Source: Folioceros fuciformis (taxonomy: Eukaryota). Taken from it: a stretch of 64,000 bases of DNA. Position numbers and translations under genes: made by a program. The stretch spans positions 1-64,000 of the forward strand of contig JBNGIO010006384.1 of the NCBI GenBank assembly GCA_049999805.1. The letters are read 5' to 3'. A model generated the notes under the pieces. That model saw nothing but the letters and a program-made list of their open reading frames with translations, ran no database searches and was not told the DNA's origin. Shown piece after piece: positions 12,660-28,617 of the stretch (position 1 is the stretch's first letter; the number at the start of each line of letters is the position of its first letter).

Positions 12660-14074
12660 TACATACCCTCTTATCACGTCCTCTTCCACAACAGTCCGCG
12701 CACTGTCTGTGCGTGGTCACGCAGCTAACCTCCAACATCCAGTAAGTTTAGCTTTCCGTAAAACTCCCCTTGCTGTGTGTGTGTACGAGTCTCCGATTTC
12801 GTAAGGGTACAGATAGACTACATGGCTGGTTTGTGAGGAGGGCAGAAACATTCCGTAGTCCTTGCTATGTTGAGGTGAAGAAACGTAAACAGGTTTGTTC
12901 TGCGTGATGAAATATCCGTGCAACATTGCATGTCAACAGTCCAAAGATTCCTGTTGTTCGCAGCCCTTGCTCACTGAGGATTTGAATGCGACTTAGGAAC
13001 ACCCTACGAACCAGACTGTCAGGGAAGGAAGGATGTTGAGGGCCAGCTTGAGAACCCATCAACTTCAAGAAGGTGAACGAGTGCAGTCGTTTGCCTTTCC
13101 AGCTGTGGACGAAAAAATGGCCAGGGGATGTGTGTTGTGGAATGCATTGTCTAGGTGACCGCGATTCCACTCCTGTTCTTGGGAGTCCAAGCTCATGCCT
13201 ACATGGTTTGGTTTGGAGGGCGATGGCGGTTGTGATCCTGCTCAGGGTGGCTGTTCAGTAAGGTGACCTTTTTTGGTCCTCTGTCACGTCTGTCAACTAT
13301 GCACATCTGACGATGGGTTTTTGCTCCTCATGTAAATGTAGTGGTCCCTTGGTCTTAGTAATCTGTTTCCGCACTCAAGCCGCACTCAAGCTTCGAACCC
13401 TGCAGGGCCGCTTGAAACGTCTTGGACCACCATCAACCATCCTATTGAACGCATCCACAGCCAGCTTCCCATCGCCACACAATCTGCGTAAAGTCCCCTG
13501 TGAACTACAAATTCTAGGTAGGTCTGGTGGTCGCCTGAGATTGTGCTCGATTTATCCTATTGTGAGGTGCAGCCATGAAGCTCTTGTCCTGCAGCTTCAC
13601 TGGCACACCTCGGTCACCAACCTCGAAATGCGCCCTTGTGAATTTGGCTTCATTGGCACACCTTAGTCACCAAACTGTAAACACGCGCTTGTTGTGATTT
13701 GGCTTCACTGGCTAACATTGGCACTCTAAATGCGCCCTAAGCGTGAATCTGGCTCCTCCTGCTTGTTGAGGGGCTGCTTGTTGCGACGTGAAACGCTTCG
13801 TTGCACCAGACACCAAGACTCCTCCTCGTAGTCAATGGACGGGCCGTGCATGCGGTGCGACGTCCGCGCTTCTCCCATGCCATCTTCGGATTTCTTTGGA
13901 AAGGCCGTTTTCGGTCAGCGTTCACGAAAATAGGTCGCCGCCGTGAAAGGATTTAATGCAAGCTGTGGAATCCGGGAATCAATCGCCTGGCATTGCGAGG
14001 AGGATGTAACGAGGGAGAGCTCATGCTTGACGACGTTAGAATTTGAGGAACTTGGAGCAAATCGGGCGCCTTCA

Positions 14075-17000
14075 ATGGCTGCATCCCTCCCCGACTCTCG
14101 CAACAATGCCACCACGAACAAATCCTTCCGTGCTCCACAGGCGCCTTACAAACCTGGAAATTTCCGCTGGGGACAGATGTATGGTCTCGGATCTTACTCC
14201 CAGGTAATCCTCGCTTGACTCTACTGCAGCACCTCCTGTGACAAACCTGAGATTGCTTCATTCTGATGTTTTGCGGTAACCGTGTGGCCTCAGGTGTTGC
14301 GAGCAACTTTGAAGGAAACAGGGCAAGACTATGCGCTCAAGATCATGAACAAGGAGCACATATTGAGGGAGAATAAGGTTAACTATGTGAAAATGGAGAG
14401 GATGATTTTGGACTCTCTCGATCATCCTGGTGTTGTTCGACTCATGTTCACATTTCAGGATGCGAACTCTCTTTGTATCCTTGCCTGACAGCCCTCACTG
14501 GCACTCCCTTCTCATCCCTGCTATGGAGCCTCCTGTTCTTCCTTGACCAAACTACTGTAGATATGGGCATGGAATGTTGTGATGGCGGTGAGCTTTTCCG
14601 CCAGATACAGCTGGTATGCTCCACGCTGTGTTGGATTCCGTAACTCCTGAAGCAAGCAACTGTAGGAGAATCATCTGGGCCGTGATGTTTGATGACTTCT
14701 GGGTTGAGTGGATCGGGTCTTCCTTCGTCTGATGCATATTGAACGTGTAGAAAATGTTTCCCTGTCCCTTTCTGTTTTGATAGGAGTTTTGGTCCCGCAG
14801 AAAGGACGTCTGTCCCTAGACGAAGCTCGCTTCTATGCGGCTGAGCTTGTGGACGTGCTGGAGTACATTCATGAACAAGGAATAATTCACCGTGATGTGA
14901 AGGTATTTGCTGAATTTTGTCATTCTCGATTTGTACGTGTCTTCTGGCATCATGCTATCACGCTGAAATTTGGTGTGTTCTAAGCGTGCTGTCATGAGTT
15001 GGTATGCAGCCAGAAAACATACTACTTACCTCCGATGGCCATTTGAAACTTATTGATTTTGGGAGTGCTAAAATGTTGAAGCCTCTTCCAAACGGGGTCT
15101 TTGTGCAGAGTGACGGTATCTCTTTTGCACAGTTCTTGTGCTAGTTCAACATTTGCTAAAGGGTCTCGTCTAAGTGCTTGGCCTTGTGTGGTTCAGATGC
15201 GAAGCCTAAAGGCACCTTTGTTGGTACAGCTGAGTATGTGTCTCCGGAGGTCCTGAATTCCCATCCAGTGACTCTTGGGTATGCCCTCCACCTCTTGACA
15301 CAATGTATATGTATCTCAAAATGTGGGCTGTGCATGCTGCTAAGTCTGGTTTCCCACTCTTGGACAGAGCGGATTTATGGGCTTTGGGTTGTGTCATCTA
15401 CATAATGCTTGAAGGCAAGGCACCCTTTAAAGCAGCCAGCGAGTATTTGTGCTTCCAAAAAGTAATGGCCAGGCAATTTGACATGCCCCCCCACTTCCCG
15501 CCTACTGCAATGGACTTAATCAATCGCCTACTGGTAATGCCTACTATTTAGTGCAACGTCACTCCGTGAACACGTTTGTCCCTTCGCTCGGACAGAAGTC
15601 ATTCTCAGCTAATAACTTCATTCTGGTCATCATTCTCAATAGGATCTCGTGCCAGAGAAGAGACCCGGAGCAGGGCCTCTTGGCTATGCAGGTCTAAAGA
15701 GCCATCCATTCTTCCATGGAATCGATTGGTCAAGAGTGAGGGAAGCAACACCACCAGTGCTTTCAAAGGTTCCAAAAGCTGTTCTATTCAGTAATATGTC
15801 TTTGCCATGCGACTTGAAAATGGTGCAGCAACAAGCTAGTAGCTTGAATTGCTTTGCTTGGTGTTTGACAGGATGATGTGTCCAAAGGGCTTGACGAGGA
15901 GTTTACAGACGATGAATTCATTGATGATGCAATTCATGTTTCCGAGTGGGAGGCTGCGCTCATGGGAGTGGGCAGACGGATTGAACCAGCAGATTTGGCA
16001 GCGTCACCAAGTTCGTCTGTGAGCCAGGGCTCTAATGCTAGTTCCGACAAAGGGGCAATTTTTGGGCCACGTCCAGTGTCTACTCCTGAATCGCTGTACA
16101 AGGATGCGAGTCAAGGCCCTAATGCTAGTTCCGGCGAAGGGGCTGGTTATCGGCCACATTCAAGCGCTACTCCTGAGTTGCTGTACAACGATGCAGTTTC
16201 AGAAATAGCGGGTCGCTTGAAGGCTATCCCCCCTTTTGCTGGAGATGGGGGCACATCTGCTTACCGCTTTTCATCAACAAATTCACGTCTTCAGAAGGGG
16301 TGCACAATATCGGACGATTGTCACGAGCCTCACTGGTAAATTGCCTACGGCCCTCGTACATGCTTTGTTGATCACCATGCGGGTTAATGGCCAGCCACCT
16401 AGTTTGTTCATGGCTCAGAGCTCTAGTCTATGTTTGCTACTAAGACGGCATTTTTCTCTTTTTGCACCAGATCTCCTGATGTGACTATCCTCTGCCTCCT
16501 CCTCTCAGGCAGGACTTCCTCAGTCCTGGTGAGACACTAATTGCAACATCGCTGGTGAAAAAGCACCGAGGATTCTCCACTAAGAAAAGACAGCTGATGC
16601 TCACAGACAAGCCAAGGTTGTTTTATGTGGACCCAGTGAAGATGATACAGATGGGAGAGATAGAGTGGTCGGCTAATCTCAGTCTGCGGGTTGAAAACGC
16701 TTTCAAGTTCTCGATTCGTACAGTAAGTGGATCTCCTTCACAGGTGCTGTCCAGATGGCAGTTACAAGGTCAGGTGTCCTGCTTGCATCTCCGACACCCG
16801 GTGTACATGGTGCTTGTGCGAAATGTACCCACGTATTAATGGAAAAGCAGGTGTGCTAGAGGTGGGAAAACTGGCAGCAAGGGTTATCTCAGTATGGGAT
16901 TGCATGAGCGTCAATGGCCCCCTGTTGTAGGACCATGAATTCACTACAAATCAGTTGGAAGGATAGAATGAGAGCTGGCTTCCGTTGGTTGCAGCCGAAT

Positions 17001-17096
17001 GGGAGGTACAACTTAGAAGAGCTCAAGGGGCAGGCTTGGCAGTGGAAGCAGGCCATCGACGACCTTCAACGGCAGCAGTGCGAGCTGTGCAAGTAG
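14075..17096 (+). CDS. PDK1: 3-phosphoinositide-dependent protein kinase 1 with C-terminal PH domain (multi-exon; start approximate)
   Basis: [49 protein letters not shown] and the PH-like [18 protein letters not shown]...GEIEWS...WKQAI. Confidence 0.93.
14475..14560 (+). other. U12-type (minor spliceosome) GT-AG intron in PDK1
   Basis: 5' site GTATCCTT; branch site TTCCTTGAC at 14539-14547, 13 nt before the 3' end. Removing it restores ..[17 protein letters not shown]. Confidence 0.88.
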
Positions 17097-18213
17097 GTCG
17101 CAGGTTTTTTGCAGTCCTTTATTGTCATGAGCATATATGGTCGGTCAGGTAGTTTGTTCTTACTGGAGGCCATCCTGCCCAGTGAACAGCTGTTTTTGGG
17201 CTTCCGGACCCGAGGAAGAGGCGATGAGCTGCGTGGCCCGTGAATCATCTAGTTAATGGACTTAGAACGGACATTAGTTCCAGTTAATTGTAATTCAAAT
17301 AATGTCTACGAGAATCAGTTACCGAATACCACCCACCAAGCTTCCTCCGCAACCAAGAAACCTGAAACGAAAGGATAAAAAGGCCACCGGCGTCGTACCC
17401 TATCGACACGTGCCCCTCAGTCATCACAAATTTTCCCGCAGTTGCCCACGTTATCCCCAAGGCTTGAAAATATCGAGGACGTGAAGCATCTCGGCACATC
17501 TTCTTTTAACTGGTAGCTACCGTCGCACGTGTCAGTTTGGGTCATGGATATGTCCGATACATCCAAGTTTGGCCGTGGAGCATTCCTTTTCAAGTTTTCC
17601 ACCTCTACCGATATTTCATGTGTTGGTGCGCAGCCATCAGACTTGCCTGCAAAGTTCTCACATGCAGGAAGAAAATGCGGTCTTACCGCTCCAAGTATTC
17701 TAAGCAAAAGAAACAGTCATTTGAATCCAAGCATTCGTCCTCCTCGTCTCAATCACCCACCCCTTCTTCTTCCGCAGAGGAAGACGACGAGGAAGAAGGC
17801 GACGAATCCGAAGAAGAGGGAGAGGAAAATCAAGGATAGAAGCATATCTCATCTGTGACCGCAACTGGGATCCATTAAGAGAAGGAGGGGCAGAAACAGA
17901 AACACCTGGTGGACGCTGAAGTGGAGGAAATTAGCACATTGAGACGGACGGGATGATAAAGTAAATGAACTTTTGTGCTTCTAGGTTGTGCGAATCTCGA
18001 TTCCACATTATCCAGATTCTGGAAACGCAAAGCGGACAGGTGAGAGAAATTGATATTTGTATTCCGGTTACCATCCTTTCGTGCTGAACCGTTTATACAG
18101 CACACTGATGTGACTGCAGTCCTGCGCACCAATTGCGAGCTGTAAGGCCACACCATCTCTCCCGTCGCATTTCACATACCCTCTCCGCCTCCTGCTTCCA
18201 ACCCTCCGACACC

Positions 18214-19899
<1,686 letters not shown>

Positions 19900-20229
19900 G
19901 GAATTCAACGAACCATGATAGGAGTGTAGATTGTGTTGCATTTCGGGCAGCTAGTTTTGAAAACAGCCTGTGACAGGCAAACTTTGACGCTCTTATGGGA
20001 AAATGACATTTCAAGCTGAAGTATGACTTCGTTTAGCGAAAGCACGGTACATGCAAAAAGTATTACTTCAATTCAATTTAAATCGTAAACGAACAGTATG
20101 TGTACCCGGGACGGCACACACCGCAAGTCTTGGGCAGTGGAGCAACTTGCCTTTTCACTAGTACCCGTAAAGATTGAGTCTATAACCTACACAACCGGGC
20201 CTTACCAAAAACGCAGCCGTCCACAGACC

Positions 20230-23200
20230 CTACACTCTAACTGGTGGCTTGTTAATCGCAGCCTTGCTCGGAGAAGCCACCTTCGCGGCGATTTGCTCGT
20301 CCGTGAGAGGCAAGTAATAGATATGCGGCTTTGCCCTGGTTTTCTTGAACAAATCATCCAACGTCGGTACAGGCTCTGGCTCTGTCACATCGGCAACAAA
20401 CACTCACAGTGCAGTCAGTCACCCACAACCAGCAATCTTCCGCTCAAAAGAACTGCACCGCAGGGCAGATTGACTTTACGATACACAGCGCCTCCTACCT
20501 CTCTTCGGTGGCAAGCTTGGCTTCTCCCTGGGAAGAACCCCTGCAGGAGAAGGGTGACTTGTGACAGTTGTTGCAGCGGGTGGCGGATGAGTCACTGTCG
20601 GAGAGGGGCCACCAGCACCTGACACATTGTTCCCCGTTGGCCCACGAGGCGTTGTGACTGGAGTAACAGCAGACTTTTCAATTGGGCCTTCGGTCCTCCG
20701 CTTCACTTCTTCAGGCTCCACAAAGTCAGCAATAAGTAGCTTGCCACCATGAGGAGGCCACTGCAGGTTGTAAACTGCATCCCGGGTTGCAACAGCTTCC
20801 TCTACTGACGAGTACTGATTTTCACCAAGAAAACACAGATGAAATTAAACCCACGAAGTACAGAATAAACTGCACGGCGACTACTAATTCCTCCCACAAA
20901 ATCCGCAACACACCGATCCACAGGAGACTATCAAAAGGTTCAGAAATTCCAAGCAAACCAAGGAATAGATAGCGTTCACGCTCATCTTTGTATGGGTGGA
21001 AAAACATACAGTGACATAGCAGTGAGTTTTGATGTGATCCATCCACAGGTCCTTTATTGTTCCAGTCTGAGACAATAAATCTCGGACCGCCTTGAGAGTA
21101 AAAGGTCGCAAGAATCTGTCTATCTTCAATGATGTTGTCACCGGCTTTGCTGAGGGAGGGACTGTTAACAGGAACATGTCAAGAGAGCTGGAACTTGAAT
21201 TAGCAGAGACTGGTCACATTCAACACATACCGCGTCAAGACATAAAACTCACCTACGCGTTGCTTTGGGCCTTCCCCATTTACAGGCGCATCGGGTTTGG
21301 TGGGTCTTGCAGCCGGAGCCCTCTCAGAGGCAGTTACCTTAACATTGGTGGACGCGGGGACTACACTAGGAACAGGAGTAGGCGAGCCTGGAGGGCCTGA
21401 GGAATGAGCATCTCGAGCTTCCGTTGGAATGACATCCTTGACAACATCCCCTGAAACCACTTTTGGAGCAACTTTGACGTCATCAACAACACTCTTCCCA
21501 GAGTTCCATCGACGTTGCCGCTTCATTGGCTCTGACTGCGCCAGATCCAAATCTGTGCATCACACAACATTTGATTCGCTTCGGCAAAACATCACAAAAT
21601 TTAACAAACCAGCCAGATACCACACAGATTAACCAGAAAAACCACGGTACCTCCATCCTTTCTTTTTGTACCAGCCAAAGCATCTGTGTCAATGTCCATG
21701 AGTCGCATATCCTTCCCCTTCTCATTATCCTCAACCTCAACTGCTTCTCCTTTTCCTCGCTGCTCCACACTTGAGTTGAACATTCGAGACCTTTCACTTG
21801 AATCATCCCTTTCCCGGTGCCCTTCTCTGCTATGCCGCACATCTGCCCTATCCCTACGACTAGCCCTCTGCCTCTCCTCATCGAATTTCTGATTGAGACC
21901 TATAGGCTCCCTTCTCAGCTCATCATCACGCCTACCAGTAGCACCAATAGCATCCCTCCTACTATCCCTCTCATACCTGTGTCTGTCTTCACCACCCTTC
22001 GAGTAAGAACCCCCAAACTCCCGTCTCTGGTCGTATCGGTGCCTATCATCATGAGGCCGACCACCTGGCTCCCTCTTAAAACCCCTGTCATGCCTCCTTT
22101 CTGAGCGGAGTTCTTCTACCTTTGCCCTCGGTGGCTCGGCACTTCTGCCCTCCTTCACTTCCTTCATGGTTGAATGTGTATTTTTCTCTTCCAAGTCCCG
22201 AGGTTCGTCTGATTCACTGCTCCCTTTCCCGAACCCTGAGCTGAGGACTCCTGGTTCCCCTGGTATGACTTCAGGCAATAACAATTCAGTTGGTACAGCC
22301 TCATCCAGTTCCACAGGCTTCTCAGATGCTGAAACAATTTGTACAGCTGGTTCAGCTGTGGTCTCGGTCGCCTCTGTCATTTGCTCATCCTGGCCAGGAA
22401 GAGGCTCATCCGCATTTCGCACAACCTCGAGTACGGTCTCCGTCACTATTTCTGTCACAGTCTTTGTCTCAACCTCGACCTCAACCATTGGCTCATCCTC
22501 ATCACCTGCAATGGAGTCAGTCTGAACTACTTCCACAGTTTCAACATGCACATCGGCCTGATTCACAATCACATCGGTTGCATCGGCCACAAGTTCCTCA
22601 ACCTGCTTTTCGGAAGAGCTATATATCTCCGCAGATCCTTCTGGTACAGATTCAGCGACTCCTTCAGTTCCCCTAGTTAGAACCTCCACCTTGGTCTCAA
22701 GATCCTCTTTGGTCTCAGGGTCCTCCTTGGTCTCAGGTCCCTCCTTAGTCTCAGGCTCCTCCTTGGTCTCAGGCCCCTCCTTAGTCTCAGGTTCAACAGC
22801 CTCAGTCATGACCTCTTCTATGACCTCGGTCCTGACTTCTTCCACAACCTTGGTTGTGACCTCTGACACAGGCTCAGCTTCAACAGGTATAGATTCAAAA
22901 TTATCAGATTTTGGAGATGTGAGCTCTTCTTCTGTCAGCGTCACAGGTGGTACAGAAGACGTCTCAATGTCAGACTGTTCCACTGCATAGATTTGAACAA
23001 CATTTGTCTCTCCTTGGACCTCGGGCACATGATCTTCTCCCAAGCCATGGTTAACCTCTGCCGTGTGTTCTGCATTTGCATCACTATTAGCAACCTCTGG
23101 AACCTCAGATAAACTCTCATGAAGTGAAACTTCAATCCCCCCAGGATAGGGCGAAGGTACAGAATTAACCTTAGGTGTGGAGTCCGGAAGAGTTTCTGGT

Positions 23201-23673
23201 TCAACGGCATGCTCAATAGTCTCGGCTTCCGAATCCGTGGTTTGGATGGCTTCCTTAGGCCCCAGGTCAGGCTCTTTAGACTCAATCTGAACCTCCTTGG
23301 GTGCCAGATTCAGGTCGGGAGGAAAAGAATCTGCTGCTCCCACAGCATGGAAGGGAGAACCAGGCCCTCCTGAGGGGACATCATACACGGGCGGCAAAGG
23401 CTGAGCGGCGGGGGAGGCAGGGGCAGGCTTTCGCTCAACTACAGGGTCGGGTTCTACGAAGGTCTCTGCCTCAGCTTCCCTTACAGTCTCAGCAGAAGCT
23501 CCCGAGTGACGTTGCTCTTGCAACTCCTTATGTATAGCCTCGTCAAGCCTCTCTATCAACTCCCTTTTCAAGCCTTTAGACTGCAGTCCTCGTCGCCTCA
23601 GCTCATCCCTTAACTCCGATACTTTCAACTGCTCCGGAGTCCGATTCCCATACGCCGGTAATGCAGTTGACAT
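20230..23673 (-). CDS. ACINUS: ACINUS-like SAP-domain/RRM protein (ASAP complex)
   Basis: SAP domain (LKVSELRDELRRRGL..KGLKRELIERL), KRQRRWNS, RRM (SLKIDRFLRPFTLKAV..WMDHIKTHCYVT, WPPHGGKLL) and RSB motif LDDLFKKT.AKPHIYYLPL. Confidence 0.9.
22691..22794. repeat. 18-bp coding minisatellite (~6 x ETKE[G/E/D]P) in ACINUS
   Basis: Units at 22691, 22709, 22727, 22745, 22763 and 22781. Confidence 0.9.
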
Positions 23674-24677
23674 TGCTCCCGTCAACTCTGCGAGCACCAG
23701 AATAGATTTAGCCTACGACTCCACACGTAACCACACCTCGCAGACGCCTACCAGCCTGTGCCGGAGTCCAAACCCCGAATCGTGCCTAGCTCAGCAAAGA
23801 GCAGAATGTTGCTGCAAACTGCACTCAACACGAGAAGAGCAGAGCCAAGTAGACAGGTATACCCAAACCCTAACAGACTCTTCCTCCTTCAGAAAGCACC
23901 CCGCAGGAAGAACACGAGGCAGCAACCGATGCTCTTCCCTGCTTCCGGTCCACTTCGCCGTGCACAGAGCACTGGCTGCGGCATAGCACTTTCATTACAC
24001 ACCAACTCCACTCCTTGCCACAGAAGTCCTTTGACCCACCACAAGAACCTCAGAAACGGCAAGACAACGTGTCCAGAGCGCTGAAACCTTGTCTTTCCGC
24101 AACGGGGATTCTTCCCGTATGCTGGAAGCCGAAACCTACCTTCGACCGACCTGCAAACTTACATTCAACGTTCGCGGTCCCGCAAATGCATGCAGACGGA
24201 CACCCTAGGCGCTCCACACCGTTCGTCCTCGGCTCCTTGCCTGGTTCACCACTCTTCAAACTGCTCATACACCGCAGCAGATCGGTGCGAAGCTCACAAT
24301 AATGCGCTCGACAGCTCGGCCCCGTGACGGACCCAACCGTCACAACGATGAAACTGCAAGCCGCAAGCGAGATGCGTAGCGAGCTGTGAACGCGACGCGA
24401 TGCGACACCCGCCGCACCTTCCTTTCAGCTTCCCGATCGTGGCCCCGGATCACCGGCAGGAGCTCAGACCGACAGCGATGGCAGCACCAACAAAACCCTC
24501 CAGGATGCGTATGGGCGAAGGAAAAGTTATGCACGGAAAGCGCGGTGCGCGAAACCTAAACGTATTTGCTGGCGCGCAAGACCGCGCGGCGGCGCGCACG
24601 GTTCACCGCGCGGTGGCACCCAAAGTCTCCTGGTCGGGAAGGCCCCGATGAGGCTCTTGTATTGTACACTGGACCGT

Positions 24678-27600
24678 TCAAGACAACCACTCTCTGGGGA
24701 ATGTGAAGAAATCTCGGAAGGCTCCGTCTCGTTTGCAATGCTTTGTCACGACGGAGTACACGTCGAGAAGCAGATTTGGGAACCTCTTCTTGAAATATCT
24801 CACATACCCGTCGGGGTAGGGTTCCAGCAGAGCCTGCATCAAGGGATGACAGTGCAGCATTCTCCAAGTCAGTTCAGCACTCTCAACGCACGGAAAAGGC
24901 TTTCTGTACCTTACACAAGGCAACAAAGAGTTGCAGCCATACCTTGACTTCTGGCGGGAGCTCGGCGTAGTGATGTGATCTGTTGCGGATGAATCGTAGC
25001 AAATCGCGCACACTTCGGTATTTGTATTGTCGGAACCTGGTCGCGTCCGACAGCAAAGCGAGATCTATTTTGTCTGACCATTGGTTTTTGAATGCGCTAG
25101 CAGCAATGGCCTCGAGATCTTTAAGCATTTCGGAGTCTTTCACTCTGTCCTCGAGCTCAAACTTGTCGCTGGTGGCGGTGAGGAAATTCAGGCACTTCTC
25201 TGGATTCCAGAAAAATGGATGGGCCAGCACTTCTTTAGCTTCAAGTCTGCAGTGCAGACACATGCACTGATGAGCAACAGAACACGAGGAGAAGGGAGGG
25301 AAGGCCACAAGAGCAAGGCGCACCCTACACACCTGGCTTTGGGGTCTTTATCAAGTAAAGGACGTATTAGATGGGCTGCCTCTGGCAGGTCAGACAGTGG
25401 AAGAAGGTTACTAGACGAATTCATAATGTTCGACTCCCTGTGGATGTCAGATCCGAAAGGATGCCCGCCTCCGGTAATGCAAAAGAAGAGCAAACATCCC
25501 AAGTTGAACAGATCAACACTTGGCGACTGCTTTTCACCATGGCTCAATTGCTCTGGAGCTCGCCACCCTCTTGAACCACAACCACCTTCTGCGTGTACGA
25601 GAACACGGTGGACCGTCAGACGTCGACACAAGAGTCCAGTCTTTTGAGTGAAAGACAGAACAGAAAGAGGTGGTGTTGACAGCTCTCACCAGTCAGAGAC
25701 ACAAAAGAAGTGGCATCCGGATCTAGGCGTTTGCTAATGCCCATGTCACAAAGCTTTGCCTTCACATGATCACCCGACATGGCCACAAGGACATTATGAG
25801 GTTTCAAATCTCTGTGGATGATATTCTTCGAGTGGAGATGAATCAATCCTGCAACAACATCCCTGCGCTCAAACACATCCACAACCCAAGTTCACCTGTC
25901 ACCCTAAATTTACAAACAGGCTGCGGATCTCACTTTGCGTGAAGTTGCTTACGAGATATAGATTTTGCACTTGCCTCAGTAGCCACATCATTTTTTCTGA
26001 TGGCTCTTGGTCAGATATCCACAAGTCCTCCTTCCGAACAACTATCTCTGGTAACAGCCTATCCCTATCTTCCTCAACCCCCCCACTGGCCCTCAGGATG
26101 AGATCATGCAGGCTGCAGGTGCAGCGCTCCAGCGCTAGATAGACAAAAGATCTGTCCCTTTCCCAAAAGAAATAGCGAACCACATTTGGATGTGCATCCG
26201 ACGCAATCAGTGCAGAAACTTCTTTTGCAGCATTTTTCAAGAGATGTTCCAGCATTTTCTTAACAGCAACCTGCCTTCCGTCCTCCAAATAGCCTTCAAG
26301 GACTTGTGTCCCATTGCTGCCGTAGCCAATGACCTTATCTGTAACCCACAATTTACCGACCCGAGTGCCAGGTCTGCTGCCATCGGTTCCAGGTTTGCTG
26401 CCATGAGCAATAACCTTCTCCTGAGATAAAGACGAGTCATCGCCCAATATCCCTACTCCACTTTCGCCACCATCTTCCTGCGTGTAACTGGAAGGACGCG
26501 ACTTTTGAGGAGCCTCCTCCTGCTTTCCTAAACTCTCGACCTTACCGCGTCCTGCTCTCTTCCTTCTCCTGTCTGTTTTCACTCCCTTTGATCCCGGTGA
26601 CATCAATGCCCCAGCCTTTGAAGCCTTTGAGGGAAAATTTCCTGTGCCTTCCCGAGGCCTTGGGGCTCGAAAATTCAGAAACCAATATATGGCAAGCGAA
26701 ATCAGTCCAAGAATCGACAAACCCAATACGTTGTATGGCACTGACAAGCTACGAAATAACATGGGAGGATCTTTTGAGTGTCCAGGTGGCAACGCCAGAG
26801 CGTGACGGGCATTGTCATTTGCAATAGGAAGCCTACCCAGTAAGCTTGCACCTTCATCAGCACCATCCGGAGGAACCTGCGTAAAAGGACTATTGAGAGC
26901 TGGAGGATGCCTCCCTCCGGAATTATTCTCGTCTAGAAATTTAACACGAGCCAAGGAAATAGCCCATTCCAATGCCTGCGTTTTGACATTTTTGCGCTGG
27001 AATGCATACTCGTTCCTCGATATATATAGGGTTACCTCGTCAGAAGCCTCCTCTGTAGACGCAAGTGCTTCCGTTACCAGGTTTCCAAGGTTTGAGAGGG
27101 GTTCTTTGGACAGACGTGGCGTGGAGTCCCATTGTCCGAGCAGTTTACCAGTTGATCCATTCACAGCAAAGACAACTGAAGACCGGCACCCATTGACAAT
27201 CGTCCCATCCATGCGGTAAGGAACGCGTGATAAAACTTCATCCGGCGACAACTGTCTGCCCTTACTGTTCAATGTAGCCAATGCCTGCAGCAATTCAGGG
27301 ATCTCAAGCGTGAGCACTTATTCTCACACTCACGTCAGACGACCACCTCAAAAGTAACTTGAACGGACCCAGAGCAGGGCATCACAACAGCAAAAGGAAA
27401 TTCTCAACTCCAGCTCGTCACCTTCCCATCAACTCCTTTGGCATGTACAATAAACTCCTGATCCTTCACCGAAAACACGATAACCTCGAGGTCGTCTTCC
27501 GCCACAACCATCTCAATTTCGTCAGGGTCTGGCGCTGGATATGGAGGAGGAGCAGATAGATTTGCATCCCCCTCAAGACCCATGGGGGCCACTGACGAAT

Positions 27601-27895
27601 AAGAAACCAAGGGCCCGGTGGGGAAGGACCATAAGACCTGATTGTCCGTGCTCAGCTTGCTTATGATACCATCATCATGGAGTATGAAGAAATCTTCCCC
27701 GGCCCACGGCACTGAAGCAGGTGCCGGGGAAAGCCAATTGAGGTCAGACTGAACCCAGTCTTCGTTTGGATTGCTCCTCACAAGGCCCGACCACAGCAGG
27801 ATCAAACACTGCAGAGGCAGCAGAAATCGGAGCCCCGCCCTCACGGCAACCATACTCGGTCCGATCCAGCTACGGAAGCGCGCAGAGACCACCAT
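24678..27895 (-). CDS. IRE1: IRE1 ER-stress sensor kinase/endoribonuclease (multi-exon)
   Basis: Signal peptide, luminal domain, TM, kinase (IGYGSNGT.V.EG, VAVK, LIASD.HPNVVRY, HRDLKPHNVL, DMGISK, GWRAPEQ) and KEN RNase (SVRDLLRFIRNRSHHY, YF.KRFPNLL). Confidence 0.95.
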
Positions 27896-28617
27896 CCCGA
27901 CTCCAACACGGCCCTACAGCCACACGCTGAGCAGCTTCCTGGAAGCCCACCTGCCAAAACTCACCGCCCAGCAAGAGGAGGAAGGGGAAGATTTTGCTGC
28001 GCCCCTGGGTCTCGTTCATCGTCGTCGTCAGCTCAGTCAGAGTCATCTACAGGGAATGCGATGAATAGCTGATGATCCGGGCTAGAGCACGGTAAGCCGA
28101 GGGAAGGCGCATGGAAATAGACGAACGATATACGAGAAGGAGAGCCTCTAGATAAGCAGCGTTCACAGTTAACCCTGGTTGAGTTCTAACCAACCGCAGG
28201 GTCGGGTTAGTTTCACCTCCTCCTCCCGCTCCTTCCAACCGAAGCCTTTTCATTCCACGGCTGAGGCCGCTGCTGAGGGGAAAGAATCCAGCTCCTTCCT
28301 TTCCTTTCCGCAGGCAGCCGCCAGGGCAGCGCATTGCCGAGGGGGAGGGCAGCTGCTGCGGAAGGGAAGGGGAAGGAGAAGGCGCGGAAGGAAGGAAGGG
28401 AAGAGGGAAAGAAGAAGGAGGAGGCCGGTGTGGCATTGCGGATGAGTCTTGTTGCGGGAATTTGTATGATGCGAAGAAGTTGTTGAGGTTTTGTACGTAT
28501 GCGGGGATTCAGGTGCGAGAGGAATCTCAAGACCGTGCATAGGAGCATGGCAGGTTGGCGCTGAAAGCCAGCTCGCCAGGGTTGCATTGTTATGCGGCCC
28601 GCCCCCTGCTCTGAGCA

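Noticed and set aside
17537-17960. Ser/Glu-rich ORF between PDK1 and TPI
   Set aside because: Short and low-complexity, interrupted by a stop, with no recognisable domain. It cannot be supported as a gene.
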